Below, piece by piece: positions 39,735-50,105 of a stretch of DNA of 51,141 nucleotides. The notes beneath the pieces were generated by a model, which was not told the origin of the DNA, did not search any database, and saw only the letters and a list, made by a program, of their open reading frames with translations. Source of the stretch: Polyangiales bacterium (GTDB taxonomy: Bacteria; Myxococcota_A; Polyangia; Polyangiales; Houyiibacteriaceae). Position 1 is the first letter of the stretch; every line of letters starts with the position of its first letter. The stretch lies in contig JBGCFM010000135.1 of NCBI GenBank assembly GCA_045106895.1, forward strand, positions 1 to 51,141, read 5' to 3'. The position numbers and the translations under genes are program-made.

Positions 39735-40556
39735 TCAGATTTGAGCTTCTTCCATCTCTTTGGCGGGCTCAGCGGCGATTCCGTCGTCGGACCCGGGCGC
39801 GTCCGAGGGAAGGTTTGAGTCCTTGCTGGGAGACTCATAGTCGAATTCGGATTGGCGTTCGTCCGTGTCGACGACCCCATCGAGCATGGAGACGACTCGA
39901 GGCATCCTCGATGCCAGCTCGCGGGAGTGGGTGACGATGAGGAATGTCGTCCCGCGTTTGGCGTTTAGATCGAAGAAAAGGCGATGAATCGCGTCGCTGG
40001 TCGCCGAATCGAGGTTTCCCGTAGGTTCATCGGCCAAGACGAGGGCCGGATCCATCACGATCGCCCGAGCCAGCGCGACGCGCTGCTGCTCGCCACCGCT
40101 GAGCTCTCCTGGGCGGTGGGTGAGGCGGTGACCGAGTCCGACCTCTTCGAGGAGAGCGCGCGCTCGCTTGGCGAGAGGGCCGCGTTTCTTGCCGCGGACG
40201 AGGCCCGGCATCATCACGTTCTCAAGCGCGGTGAACTCCGGGAGGAGATGGTGAAACTGGAAGACGAAGCCAATTCGGTCGTTTCGAAACGCCGCCAGCT
40301 GCTTGCTCGAGAGCTTGGTGACGTCGCGTCCCTCGCAGATGATCTTGCCGGATGTGGGCAGGTCGAGGGTGCCGAGGAGATGCAGCAGAGTGCTCTTGCC
40401 AGCACCACTGGCGCCGACGACGCAGACCATTTCTCCCTTCTCGATGACGAGGTCGACGCCCTTGAGCACCTCGACGAGGTTGCCCTCATGGATGAAGTGC
40501 TTCCGGACGCCTTGGGCGACGACGAGGGCGTCAGGATTGGGTGGGGACTCAGACAT
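39735..40556 (-). CDS. lolD: Lipoprotein-releasing ABC transporter ATPase
   Basis: [45 protein letters not shown]. Confidence 0.93.
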   Translation of the reverse strand: MSESPPNPDALVVAQGVRKHFIHEGNLVEVLKGVDLVIEKGEMVCVVGASGAGKSTLLHLLGTLDLPTSGKIICEGRDVTKLSSKQLAAFRNDRIGFVFQFHHLLPEFTALENVMMPGLVRGKKRGPLAKRARALLEEVGLGHRLTHRPGELSGGEQQRVALARAIVMDPALVLADEPTGNLDSATSDAIHRLFFDLNAKRGTTFLIVTHSRELASRMPRVVSMLDGVVDTDERQSEFDYESPSKDSNLPSDAPGSDDGIAAEPAKEMEEAQI

Positions 40557-40581
40557 GTTGTTTTCTGCGCGTTGGGAGCTC

Positions 40582-42780
40582 TTAGAGGTGCCGTAGTGCG
40601 TCGACGGGCCGCATGCGTGATGCGAGGAATGCTGGGAAAACCGTGGCCACGAGACAAATGCCCACGGCGGCGAGGCCCACGGCGACGAACTCCATCGGGT
40701 CGGTGTGCACGGGCAGTCGGTCGATATAGTAGACCTCGGGATTCAGCCGGATCCCGATGTGTTCGAGGATGAAGACCACTAAATACCCGGCTCCTAAGCC
40801 TGCTAAGGCCCCATAGACGCCGATCAGCAACCCCTCGAAGAGGAAGATTCCGATGATGCTCTGAGAGGTCGAGCCCATCGCCTTGAGGATGCCCACCTCC
40901 CGGCTCTTTTCCTGGACCATCAGCGTCAGCGTGCCGAACACGCAGAAGCCGGCGATGAGCACGGCGATGCCCAGGGTCACGAACATCGCGAGCTTCTCGA
41001 GGGCGAGGGCGCCGAAGAGTTTCGCGTTCAACTCCTGCCAGTCTTTGGCTCGGAGCTCGGGTCGCTCGCTGAGGGTCTCGCCGACGGCGGCGGACACGAT
41101 GGCCGCGTCGTCCACGTTGTCGACTTTGATCTCGATACCGGTGATGGCGTCGCCCTTGTTCAGGAAACTCTGCGCGTTCGAGAGGAGCACATAGGCGTGC
41201 TTCATGTCGTACTCGTACATGCCCGAGTAAAAGATGGCGGCGACGCGAAAACGACGTGACTTCGGCATCGGGCCCGCGGGTCCGAGGGCGCCGAAGGGCG
41301 AGATGATGTCGACTTCGTCGCCGACGAAGAGACGAAGGGAGCGCGCGAGCTCTTTGCCCACAACGATGCCAGGCAGCACTTCTTGATCTCTGGAGGGGGA
41401 GTTGCGACGCGCTCGGTTGTCCGATTCCATGGCGTCACGCAGAGCGCGCACGTCATCCTCGGCGCCCTCTGGCAGGTTGAGTTCGTCTTCGATTTCCCGC
41501 AGGAGTGAGCCGCCTTCGGGGGCGCCCTCATCTCCCTCGTCGCGTTCGCCGAGGACGCCGCTTCCAAGGTCGATGGGGACGATGCTTCGCCGCTGTTCCG
41601 GCGGCAGATCCAGAAGCGACTGGGGGTCCTCCAGGAACCCAAGGCTTCCGTTCGTGATGTTCTCTTCGAGGTCCGTGACGGCGCCAATGGACGCGGGATC
41701 GATGCCTCGGAGGATGACACTCTCACGGTTGCTCGCGCTCGTGGCCATGACCTCACCTTGGAGATACGGAGTCGCGGCGTGGACGCCTTCGACGTCGCGA
41801 ACCGAGTCCAGCACGGGCAGCCAGCCTTCGAAGGCGCGCTGTTCTTCGTCGTCGATGACCACATGCGCGTGGTTGCCGAGGATCTTCTGCTGGAGGTCAT
41901 CCCGGAAGCCGCCCATCACGCTGAGCACGGACGTCAGCATGCAGCTGCTGACGCTCACAGCGAGGATGGAGAGGCTGGCGATGGTCGCGAGGAAGCCGCT
42001 CTTCTTGCTGCGAAGATGGCGCGCGGCGACGAGCAGGTGAAAATCGACGCGCTCAAACGTGCGCATGATCAAGGGCACGACGCGGGCCGCGATGCGTACA
42101 GCGAGGAGCGTCGTGATGCAGAGGCGGATGATCGGCTCGCGGAGCGCGTCAAGTTCGCTCGAGGCGACCTCAAGCGTGTAGTTCTGCAGCGCGAAAACGA
42201 AGAACGCGACGATGGCGATGTCCGCGAGCGCCCAGAAGACGACGCGGAAGGCTTTGGGCAGCAAAAACCAACACGACACCGAGAGCATGAGCCAGGCGAG
42301 GCGCGCAATCCCGGCGACGAGGCCCAACGCGTAGACGGCGATGAGCTCGGTCTCGCCGAGAGCCAGCATGGTCTCGTCGATGGAGTAGGTGAACGCGAAC
42401 CCGGACTCGATGGAACGGTAGGCGCCGTACCACATGAGAACGTGGAGGGCGGCCATCAGCGGCGGGGTGATCACCGAGGCCCACGCGAAGGCGCCCACGC
42501 GCCACTGACCACGGGTGCCTGGTGGAAGTCCCTTGGCCCGGCGGCGTACGTAAAACGCCACGGCGAGGACGACGAGGTACCCACCGCCGAGGGCGAATAG
42601 GTACTTCTTGAGCATGTCCATTTGGTCCGCTTGGCGGGCCAAGGTGGGCCAGATCACAAGGGGGCCGAGCGTCGCCACCAGGCTCGCCGCGCTCACCAAG
42701 AAAAGAAGCGCCGGTGATGGACCCACCGCCGTTCGCGCATGCGAGCGCGCGGTGGAATCACTCTGGGACGGCTTGGCCAT
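40582..42780 (-). CDS. lolE: Lipoprotein-releasing permease LolC/E with long N-terminal membrane extension
   Basis: [46 protein letters not shown]; between lysS and lolD. Confidence 0.88.
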   Translation of the reverse strand: MAKPSQSDSTARSHARTAVGPSPALLFLVSAASLVATLGPLVIWPTLARQADQMDMLKKYLFALGGGYLVVLAVAFYVRRRAKGLPPGTRGQWRVGAFAWASVITPPLMAALHVLMWYGAYRSIESGFAFTYSIDETMLALGETELIAVYALGLVAGIARLAWLMLSVSCWFLLPKAFRVVFWALADIAIVAFFVFALQNYTLEVASSELDALREPIIRLCITTLLAVRIAARVVPLIMRTFERVDFHLLVAARHLRSKKSGFLATIASLSILAVSVSSCMLTSVLSVMGGFRDDLQQKILGNHAHVVIDDEEQRAFEGWLPVLDSVRDVEGVHAATPYLQGEVMATSASNRESVILRGIDPASIGAVTDLEENITNGSLGFLEDPQSLLDLPPEQRRSIVPIDLGSGVLGERDEGDEGAPEGGSLLREIEDELNLPEGAEDDVRALRDAMESDNRARRNSPSRDQEVLPGIVVGKELARSLRLFVGDEVDIISPFGALGPAGPMPKSRRFRVAAIFYSGMYEYDMKHAYVLLSNAQSFLNKGDAITGIEIKVDNVDDAAIVSAAVGETLSERPELRAKDWQELNAKLFGALALEKLAMFVTLGIAVLIAGFCVFGTLTLMVQEKSREVGILKAMGSTSQSIIGIFLFEGLLIGVYGALAGLGAGYLVVFILEHIGIRLNPEVYYIDRLPVHTDPMEFVAVGLAAVGICLVATVFPAFLASRMRPVDALRHL

Positions 42781-42791
42781 GCTCGGAGCCG

Positions 42792-44372
42792 CTACTCCGC
42801 TTCTGCGCGCAGCAAAGGAAAGAGCAGCACGTCGCGAATCGATGGCTGACCCGTGAGCATCATGACGACTCGGTCGATGCCCATGCCAAATCCGCCCGCC
42901 GAAGGCATGCCGTGGCTCAACGCGCGAATGTAGTCTTCGTCGAAGTCCATCGCTTCATCGTCGCCGCCGGCGCGGTTCTCAAGCTGGCCACGGAATCGTT
43001 CCGCCTGGTCGTCGGGATCGTTGAGCTCGCTGAAAGCGTTCGCGATCTCGCGGCCCTCGACGAAGAGCTCAAAGCGGTCGACGAAGCGTCCATCCTCGTC
43101 GTTCTTGCGCGCGAGGGGCGACACCTCGAAGGGGTACTCGGTGACGAAGACAGGCACGGAGCGCTCTCCGTCTGGAGTACGATAAAGCGTCGTGAGGTGA
43201 GGCTCGCAGAACACTTCATACATCGAGAAGATTCGCTCGCCTTGGTTTTTGGCTTTGCCCAGGAGCTTCTTGTCGAGGTGCTCGAGCTTCTCGCTGACGC
43301 CCTCGATAAACGCGAGGGTCTTATCTTCATCCTCGAGGGTCTCGATGGCGAGGTCCATTCCAAGATGTGTTGCGCCGTCCACGATGGCTTGACGCATAGT
43401 GACGACCTTCCATTCCGCCTGAAGGTCAAAAGAGCGCTCTTCGCACAGCTTTGGGTGGGCTTCTTGAACGACGGCGTCGAGATGGCGAAGCAAGCGCACG
43501 GTCTGCTCGCGCAGCTCGATGTCCGTCGCGTAGGCCATGTAGTACTCGAGCATGCTGAACTCGGGGTTGTGCCGCGTGCTGATGCCTTCGTTGCGGAAAC
43601 AGCGAGCGATTTCGTAGACGCGGTCGAAGCCGCCGACGACCAAGCGCTTCAGGTAGAGCTCCGGCGCGATGCGCAGGAAGAGGCTCATGTCGAGGGCGTT
43701 GTGGTGCGTGTTGAAAGGACGCGCCGTGGCGCCGCCGCGGACGGAGTGCAACGTGGGCGTCTCGACCTCGAGGAAGTCACGCTCATCGAGGAAGCTGCGA
43801 ATCGTTCGAATGATGAGACCGCGCGCGCGGAAGATGGCGGCAACGTCGGGGTTGGCGAAGAGGTCGACGTAGCGCTCTCGGTAGCGCTTCTCGACGTCTT
43901 TGAGGCCGTGGTACTTGCCCGGCGGCGGGAGCATCGCCTTGGAGAGGTGCTCGTAGGTTCGAGCGCTCAGCGCCAACGCGCCGGTTCGGGTTCGAACGAG
44001 AGGGCCACGCACGAGCACGTGGTCAGCCAGGTCGACGGCGGCGAGCTGCGCGGCTTCATTCTCCGGAAGCTTGTCTTTACGCACCAATGACTGGGCGTCA
44101 CCGTAGGGCGTTCGAATGACAAGGAAGGGGCCACGCTTGGCGACAACTCGGCCGTAGAGGGAGTACGTCGTCTCCTCGCCCGTAAGCTCGCCTTCTTCCG
44201 GGAGCTTGGCGCGCTCTTCGTCGCTGCCGAGGGCCAAAGCCACGACGGTTTTTCGCCCTTCGCGCTCTTCGTCGCTTGGTCGAAACCCGTTGGGGAAGGG
44301 TGCTGTTCCAGCCGCAATGAGCGCTTCGCTCTTTGCTGCACGTGCCTGTCGTAGGTCGTTCTCGCTCGCCAC
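42792..44372 (-). CDS. lysS: Lysine--tRNA ligase, class II
   Basis: [45 protein letters not shown]. Confidence 0.97.
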   Translation of the reverse strand: MASENDLRQARAAKSEALIAAGTAPFPNGFRPSDEEREGRKTVVALALGSDEERAKLPEEGELTGEETTYSLYGRVVAKRGPFLVIRTPYGDAQSLVRKDKLPENEAAQLAAVDLADHVLVRGPLVRTRTGALALSARTYEHLSKAMLPPPGKYHGLKDVEKRYRERYVDLFANPDVAAIFRARGLIIRTIRSFLDERDFLEVETPTLHSVRGGATARPFNTHHNALDMSLFLRIAPELYLKRLVVGGFDRVYEIARCFRNEGISTRHNPEFSMLEYYMAYATDIELREQTVRLLRHLDAVVQEAHPKLCEERSFDLQAEWKVVTMRQAIVDGATHLGMDLAIETLEDEDKTLAFIEGVSEKLEHLDKKLLGKAKNQGERIFSMYEVFCEPHLTTLYRTPDGERSVPVFVTEYPFEVSPLARKNDEDGRFVDRFELFVEGREIANAFSELNDPDDQAERFRGQLENRAGGDDEAMDFDEDYIRALSHGMPSAGGFGMGIDRVVMMLTGQPSIRDVLLFPLLRAEAE

Positions 44373-44376
44373 GTTC

Positions 44377-45508
44377 TTATGCCTCTTGCTTCTTCTTTTT
44401 ATCTTGTTCGCGCTTGTCAGCGCTCATCATCAGGTAGGTCTCGATGAACGAGTCCAGGTCCCCATCGAGCACCGCGTCGGCGTTGGTGACTTTGTGCTTG
44501 GTGCGCTCGTCTTTCACCATCTGCGACGGGTGAATCGTGTAGCTGCGCATGCTGCTGCCAAAGGAGATGCTGCCCATGTTGCTCATGAACGCATCTTCGA
44601 AAGCTGCCTCTCGGTCGCGGCGCTCTTTCTCGTAGAGGAAGCCGCGGACCATCTTCATGGCGTGGTCGCGGTTTTGATGCTGCGAGCGCTCTTGTTCGCA
44701 GCGAACCACGTAACCCGTCGGGATATGCTTGATGCGAACAGCGGACTCGGTTCGGTTGACGTGCTGTCCACCCGCGCCGCCGGAGCGCATCGTCGTGATC
44801 TCTAGGTCCTCGGGACGGATCTCGATCTCGATGGTGTCGTCGAGCTCCGGGACGACGTTGACGCCGACGAAGGAGGTCTCGCGACGCCCGCTGAACTTGG
44901 AGATGCGCACGAGGCGGTGAACTCCGTGCTCGGCGCGAAGAAAGCCGTAGGCGTTCTCGCCCTTCACGAGCATCGACGCGCTGGCGATGCCCGCGACGTC
45001 CCCTTCGTTGCGCTCAAGGAGCTCCGTCTTGAAGCCCTTCTTGTTGCACCAGCGCGAGTACATGCGCAGGAGCATCTCCGCCCAGTCTTGAGCGTCGGAC
45101 CCGCCGGCACCCGAGTTGATGCTCAAGATGCAGTTGTGGTCGTCGTCTTCCGTGAGCATGCGTTTGAGCTCGAGGGCGCGAACGCCGGCCACCAGCTCCG
45201 GGATCTGCTCCATGAGTTCGCCGAGGGACTCTTCGTCGCCTTCGGCCATGTCCATGAGCTCCATCAGTCCGCGGACATCACTCTCGATACGCGTGAAGTT
45301 CGTGATGACGGCGTCCGCTTGGGAACGCTTGCGCATCATCTTCTCGGCCTCCTGGGGATCGTCCCAGAAGCCCTCTTGCGCGCTCAGATTCGTAAGTCGG
45401 TCGACTTCGTGCTGCAATCCAGGGACGTCAAAGATACCTCCCCAGCGCCGCGAGGCGCTGAGTAAGGTCCGCGAGTGTCGTGCGGCTCTCACCAATGAGC
45501 ATAGTCAT
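44377..45508 (-). CDS. prfB: Peptide chain release factor 2 with programmed +1 frameshift
   Basis: ORF0 [26 protein letters not shown] ends at CTT TGA C; the +1 frame has [25 protein letters not shown]; start 45508 or 45502. Confidence 0.97.
45427..45442 (-). other. prfB +1 frameshift cassette
   Basis: GGGAGG-TAT-CTT-TGA-C: internal SD plus slippery CTT-TGA-C. Confidence 0.95.
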
Positions 45509-45592
45509 GATCGATGTTTTCCAGTGGTCCGTGCCTGGACCGGGGAAGGGGCTACCCCGGCCCGACCAGTGAGTCAACGCCCGGCGAGGGCT

Positions 45593-46399
45593 TCAGAACT
45601 CGAAGCGCCCGACGGCCATGGCTCCGCCGTCCGTTGGCGCGACGCCCACTAGGGCGGCTGGAGGGCGGTTCCCCTGACGCACAACGTCCGCGATGATGAA
45701 CGCGGCGCCTACCAGGACCACCGCGCCGCCGGCGACGAAGAGGCCGAGTGCGACGTTTCGTTTGCGATTGAAGTCGTCGTTCAGTCGCAGGTACGCATCG
45801 TCGTCGGGGGCGATGCGTCGGTTGGGGTACTTGAGGAGAATGGTGTCCGAGTCGGCGGACGCGGACACCGACGGCACAGCCCCGCTCCCCACGGCGGCGA
45901 CGCCGGCTACGGTGAACGCGACACCTGCCCAGAGGAGCCCTCGAGTTGGCGGCGCGACGACTTGGGGTTGAACGGGGCGTGGCTGGTAGTCGTCAACGGG
46001 GTCTGGGACGACGATGATGGGGTCTGGGCGCTCCGGCTCGGGAGGACGACTGGCGATCACTTCGCGTAGGGCGGCGGCACGCGACAGGGCGTGGTCCCGA
46101 AAGCGGCCCCCTCGGTCGAGTTCCGCGCATCGAACGTAGGCATCGCGTGCCCGCACGTCGTGACCACCCCAGCGGTCATACGTGAGCGCGAGGTTGCATG
46201 CGGTTTTGGCCTGAGGCTCAATACGGAGGCTCGCTTCGAAGGCCGTCGAAGCCACTTCGAACTGGTTGAGGCGCAGCGCCTCAACGGCCTGTCGGAAGAG
46301 CACCTCGTGCTCCTCGTTGGACTCCGCCTCCTGGGCGCATAGCGCGGACGGCATCCAGAAGAGGAGGGCCAAGGCGAGCCACCCGCCTGCCCGATTCAT
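45593..46399 (-). CDS. Exported TPR-like protein with C-terminal hydrophobic segments
   Basis: Signal peptide, TPR-like helices (AFEASLRI, NLALTY), Pro-rich linker, two Gly/Ala-rich hydrophobic stretches, terminal RFEF; ATG 46399 overlaps the kinase stop. Confidence 0.75.
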   Translation of the reverse strand: MNRAGGWLALALLFWMPSALCAQEAESNEEHEVLFRQAVEALRLNQFEVASTAFEASLRIEPQAKTACNLALTYDRWGGHDVRARDAYVRCAELDRGGRFRDHALSRAAALREVIASRPPEPERPDPIIVVPDPVDDYQPRPVQPQVVAPPTRGLLWAGVAFTVAGVAAVGSGAVPSVSASADSDTILLKYPNRRIAPDDDAYLRLNDDFNRKRNVALGLFVAGGAVVLVGAAFIIADVVRQGNRPPAALVGVAPTDGGAMAVGRFEF

Positions 46400-47835
46400 T
46401 CGATGATTTCGCCGGTCCATGTGCCCATCGCCGCATTCATAGCAGGTGTAGGCGCTTCCATGGTGACCTGGATTTCACGAACGTCTGGAGGAGGAAGATC
46501 CATGGTGGTCTCCGAGCGCATCGTTAGCGGGGTACGCCGCGGTCGTCGAACGCGCGGACGGTCGTCCTGGACCTCCGCCTCCGCCTCTGCCTCCGGAGCC
46601 CCGTCGCTTGTCTCTTCCGGCAACGGCGTCTCTTCGGGGGGGGTCTCTTCGGGCGCCTGCGCCTGTTCAGGCGATGTTTCTTCGGGCTCGAGCCCTGAAT
46701 TGTCCTCGGTTCTTTGTTCTTCCTCACCGGCGGACGTCGCGGCTTCGGCGGAAGGGGTGGCCTGGACGGGCACGCCCTCGTCGCTTCCGAAGATCACCCA
46801 CGCCCCGAGGCCCGCGATGAGAAACGACGCCGCCAGAATACCGAGCGCGATCTTCGTGGAAGAAGCGGGGGGAGGGGGGGCGTAGAGCGACCCTGTTGTC
46901 AGGCGGACGCCACTTCCGGTGCTGGTGGGTGCCGTTCCAATCTCGCGGGAGGGACAGTCGAGTTCTTCCGGCAGGGAGTCGAGGTCGATTCCGCGAAGAA
47001 GGTCACCGGCTTCGCTCGCCGACTTCACGCGTTGTTCGGGGTCCTTGTGAAGCAGTTTGTCGAGCGCACGGCCAAGGGCGATAGGCACGTCTCCGATGAG
47101 CGCGGGAGGTGCCGTCAGAATACGGTGCATGAGCGCAGGCGTCGACGGCGCTTCGAAGGGCAACGAGCCGGTGAGCATTTCGTAGAAGACAACACCGATG
47201 GCCCAGATGTCCTGGCGAACCGAAGGGCGCGCCCCGGCGAATTGCTCCGGGGAAATATAGGGCATCGAGCCGAGGACCTGTTGGGACTGCGTGATGCGCG
47301 TAAAGAACGCGTCGTCGATGCTCGCGGCGAGTCCGAAGTCGAGGAGCTTCACAGGGATAGCTCCGCCGGGGATGCCGATGTTCGCGGGCTTTAGGTCGCG
47401 GTGGACGATGCCTTGGGCGTGAACGTCGACGAGGGCGTCGCAGAGACCGATCGCCATCTCGACGGCATCGCGGGGTGCAAGGGCGGACTCGTCGAGGCGC
47501 TGCTGAAGCGAGAGCCCAGGGACGAGCTCCATGATGTAGTAAGGGCCAACTCCATCGGCGACGCCGAAGTCCGAGACCTGCGCCACGCGGGGCGACGAGA
47601 TCTTGCCGAGGGCGCGGGCCTCTCGCTCAAACCGACGGACCAGCTCCTCGTCCCAGTGGCCGACGCGCAAGACCTTCAAAGCGAAGCGGCGCTCCAGGGC
47701 GATGTGCTCCGCTTCGAAGACGAAGCCCATTCCTCCACCACCAATCTCCTTGATGATGCGATATCGGTCGCCCACCACGGCACCCACCGCCAGCGGCGGT
47801 GCTTGAGGTCGCGGAGTCTCGTGGGCTTCGGCCAC
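46396..47835 (-). CDS. Membrane Ser/Thr protein kinase (Hanks type)
   Basis: GGGGMGFV, ALK, HRDLKPANI, DFG, YISPE; TM helix, then acidic Pro-rich tail; start taken at GTG 47835. Confidence 0.95.
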   Translation of the reverse strand: MAEAHETPRPQAPPLAVGAVVGDRYRIIKEIGGGGMGFVFEAEHIALERRFALKVLRVGHWDEELVRRFEREARALGKISSPRVAQVSDFGVADGVGPYYIMELVPGLSLQQRLDESALAPRDAVEMAIGLCDALVDVHAQGIVHRDLKPANIGIPGGAIPVKLLDFGLAASIDDAFFTRITQSQQVLGSMPYISPEQFAGARPSVRQDIWAIGVVFYEMLTGSLPFEAPSTPALMHRILTAPPALIGDVPIALGRALDKLLHKDPEQRVKSASEAGDLLRGIDLDSLPEELDCPSREIGTAPTSTGSGVRLTTGSLYAPPPPASSTKIALGILAASFLIAGLGAWVIFGSDEGVPVQATPSAEAATSAGEEEQRTEDNSGLEPEETSPEQAQAPEETPPEETPLPEETSDGAPEAEAEAEVQDDRPRVRRPRRTPLTMRSETTMDLPPPDVREIQVTMEAPTPAMNAAMGTWTGEIIE

Positions 47836-47905
47836 GTGGCGAGAGTAGCAGCCGCCTATGACTCCGCCCAGCAAAGGAAAACCGGCGCGTCGATTTGGTT
47901 TGGGG

Positions 47906-48301
47906 CTAGGCCTCGACGGACTCGAGGCGCAGGAGCTTGTCGTAGAGGACGCGGCCCAGGCTCTCCACCATCAGGCGCTCCACGATGGCTTCAATGCGCT
48001 GGCGATCGGCCTCCGTTTCGTAGACGAAGCCGATTCCCATGCCCGGATCGTCATTTCCACCAGGCTGAACCGTCCACTGAACTTTTCCGTTCAACTCCAG
48101 GGCGCTGGGCAGCCCAGGGACCGTCAATTTGAACAAAAACGCGGTGCCGATCGCAAGGGGACGCTCCGTTCGAATGAACGTGCCCCCCTTCGAGATGTTT
48201 CGTGTGTAGTCGGCGAAGAACGAATTCATGCGCTGATACTCGACTTTTAGCTCGATCGGGGCTCGTGGAGCGCCGCGCCGAGGGGATTCTGAGTCAGCCA
48301 T
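47906..48301 (-). CDS. Stand-alone PilZ-domain protein (TIGR02266-like)
   Basis: RGAPR (RxxxR), NISKGG, PGMGIGF; start re-called to ATG 48301. Confidence 0.9.
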   Translation of the reverse strand: MADSESPRRGAPRAPIELKVEYQRMNSFFADYTRNISKGGTFIRTERPLAIGTAFLFKLTVPGLPSALELNGKVQWTVQPGGNDDPGMGIGFVYETEADRQRIEAIVERLMVESLGRVLYDKLLRLESVEA

Positions 48302-48450
48302 GCGCAAGTATTCCCACATCTCTGCATTTGGATCCAAATGCAAAGCGACCTGAGGTTGTCCTAGGGCCGATGTTCGCATACCGTCGCCAAAGGAAAGTGG
48401 GGAGTCCCCCTCAGGGCAAGGTCCTTCGAGGGCCCTGGCTTGCACGTGTC

Positions 48451-49038
48451 ATGGACGAAGCGGAACTGCTCACAAAAGCCCGAGAGGGTGATCGAAGGGC
48501 CTTCGGGCACCTGGTGAAGATGCACCAGGGACGCGTGAGCGCGTGCGCAACGAAGATGCTCACGAGTCCAAGTGAAGCGGAAGATGCCGCCCAAGAGACG
48601 TTTATCCGGGCCTGGAAGGCGCTCGCTCGCTTCGACGGTCGGTCGAAGCTCAGCACGTGGCTCTACCGAATCTGCGTGAATGTCTGTCTCAACCGCATTC
48701 GGAAGCTCAAAGGGAAGCGCCACGCGGACCTGGACGATCCGTCCTCGCCGGATATCGCCGGAGATCCCGAGAAGAGCGGGAATGACCCGGGTCATTCGTT
48801 GGAGCTGACGGAGCTTCAAGGCCGACTGCAAGCATCGCTGGAGCGTCTTTCTCCAAGTCTTCGCTCCGCGGTGGTCTTGGTGCTCATCGAGGGAATGCCC
48901 CATAAAGAGGCGGGTGACGTGTTGGGCGTACCCGAAGGAACCGTGGCATGGCGTATCCACGAAGCGCGGCGCCGTCTTCGGAGTGAACTCAAAGACCTGG
49001 CCCGCCCCCGTCTTCGCTCGGTGGGGAGTGCTTCATGA
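48451..49038 (+). CDS. ECF RNA polymerase sigma factor
   Basis: GDRRAF, AEDAAQETFIRAW, STWLYRICVN, LGVPEGTVAWRIHEAR; start re-called to ATG 48451. Confidence 0.93.
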   Translation: MDEAELLTKAREGDRRAFGHLVKMHQGRVSACATKMLTSPSEAEDAAQETFIRAWKALARFDGRSKLSTWLYRICVNVCLNRIRKLKGKRHADLDDPSSPDIAGDPEKSGNDPGHSLELTELQGRLQASLERLSPSLRSAVVLVLIEGMPHKEAGDVLGVPEGTVAWRIHEARRRLRSELKDLARPRLRSVGSAS

Positions 49039-50069
49039 GCAATGACCTTGAGCAGCGCCTCCAAGAGGCCCTCGATGCTGGCGATGTGTCCGATGAGCTT
49101 CTCCAAGAGCTCGCGGCCCAGCCCGAACTTGAGCCCATGGTGGATCTGGATGCCGCTCTGCGATCGATGCCGAGCGTGGAGTTCGACCTGAGTGAAGGGG
49201 TGCTGGCACGACTCGACGAAGACCTCGACGAGATCCCCGGCCTCTTCGATGCGCCTCATTTTGACGCCGACGTAGCTCCTGCCGAAGCCCCTGTAGTCGC
49301 CCCCGCCGCGGCTGCCCCAGCAGCGGCGCCGGCGCCGATCTCGTTGGACGATGAGCGAAGAAAGCGCTCAGCGGCGCCTTTCTTGTTGTCCGCCGCCGCG
49401 GTGATCGGCTTGGTGGCCACGGGCACGTTGATGACCCTGAGCAGTTCGCCAGACAGCGCGATGGAGATGGCCGCTTCCGTGGCGCCGAGCCCCACGAGCG
49501 TGGGCGCGCCTGAGGGCTACGCGGCTGAAGAACGCTCCATGGCTCCCGTTGCGGCTGAAGCTGCGCCGGAAATGCCCGCTGAACTTGCGGAGCTGGCGGA
49601 CGTCATGGAGGAGCCCAACGAGGTCATGGAGCCCGAGGCCATGGCCGAGGCCGAAGCCGACGCCGATGACTCCATGGTCGCCGCTCTGCAGTATGACGAA
49701 GCCGCGAGAAATCAGCAGGACATGCCTTCGGCGGCGGCGCCTCGATCGCGGATGTCGGCCCGAGGCGGCATGCCGGCGCCTGCTTCCCCCGAGGAGCGGT
49801 CCGAGGACCAAGAGCTCAGCGCCTCCCAGCGTCGAACGCTCGCCCGAATCGAGAGCTGTCTTCCTGACCACATCCGCATCACACGGGTTCGCGAGAGCAC
49901 CGATGGCCGCCGCGTCGTGGGGGTAGAAACGTCCGAGCCACTCTCAGACAGCGTGGATGAGTGCGTGTCCGGTGTCTTGGATACGTTCCCGCGAGCACGA
50001 CGACGTCGCGCGCGCCAGACGAGCAGCATGTCTGCGCCGGCCACGACGAGCACGCGAATAGACGAATAG
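49035..50069 (+). CDS. Putative membrane anti-sigma factor
   Basis: ATGA-coupled to the sigma gene; acidic N-domain, single TM after RRKR, Ala/Glu-rich linker, small two-Cys C-domain. Confidence 0.6.
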   Translation: MSNDLEQRLQEALDAGDVSDELLQELAAQPELEPMVDLDAALRSMPSVEFDLSEGVLARLDEDLDEIPGLFDAPHFDADVAPAEAPVVAPAAAAPAAAPAPISLDDERRKRSAAPFLLSAAAVIGLVATGTLMTLSSSPDSAMEMAASVAPSPTSVGAPEGYAAEERSMAPVAAEAAPEMPAELAELADVMEEPNEVMEPEAMAEAEADADDSMVAALQYDEAARNQQDMPSAAAPRSRMSARGGMPAPASPEERSEDQELSASQRRTLARIESCLPDHIRITRVRESTDGRRVVGVETSEPLSDSVDECVSGVLDTFPRARRRRARQTSSMSAPATTSTRIDE

Positions 50070-50076
50070 CGCTACC

Positions 50077-50105
50077 TTGACTCACTGGGGGCCGCCTCAT
50101 AGGCT
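50077..50105 (+). promoter_or_regulatory. Candidate sigma70-type promoter
   Basis: TTGACT-N17-TAGGCT. Confidence 0.5.

Noticed and set aside
38069..44090. Long + strand ORFs opposite bamA, lolD, lolC/E and lysS
   Set aside because: Antisense shadows with no motifs
43960..44165. Shortened LysS anticodon-binding loop (AKRGPF, TGALA) as a sign of codon reassignment
   Set aside because: Short KRGPF-type loops are recalled in other bacterial LysS proteins; the key Phe and Gln are kept; genes translate normally with code 11
44377..45508. prfB as a pseudogene, or evidence of UGA recoding
   Set aside because: The internal stop is the canonical programmed frameshift, and TGA terminates many genes at expected positions
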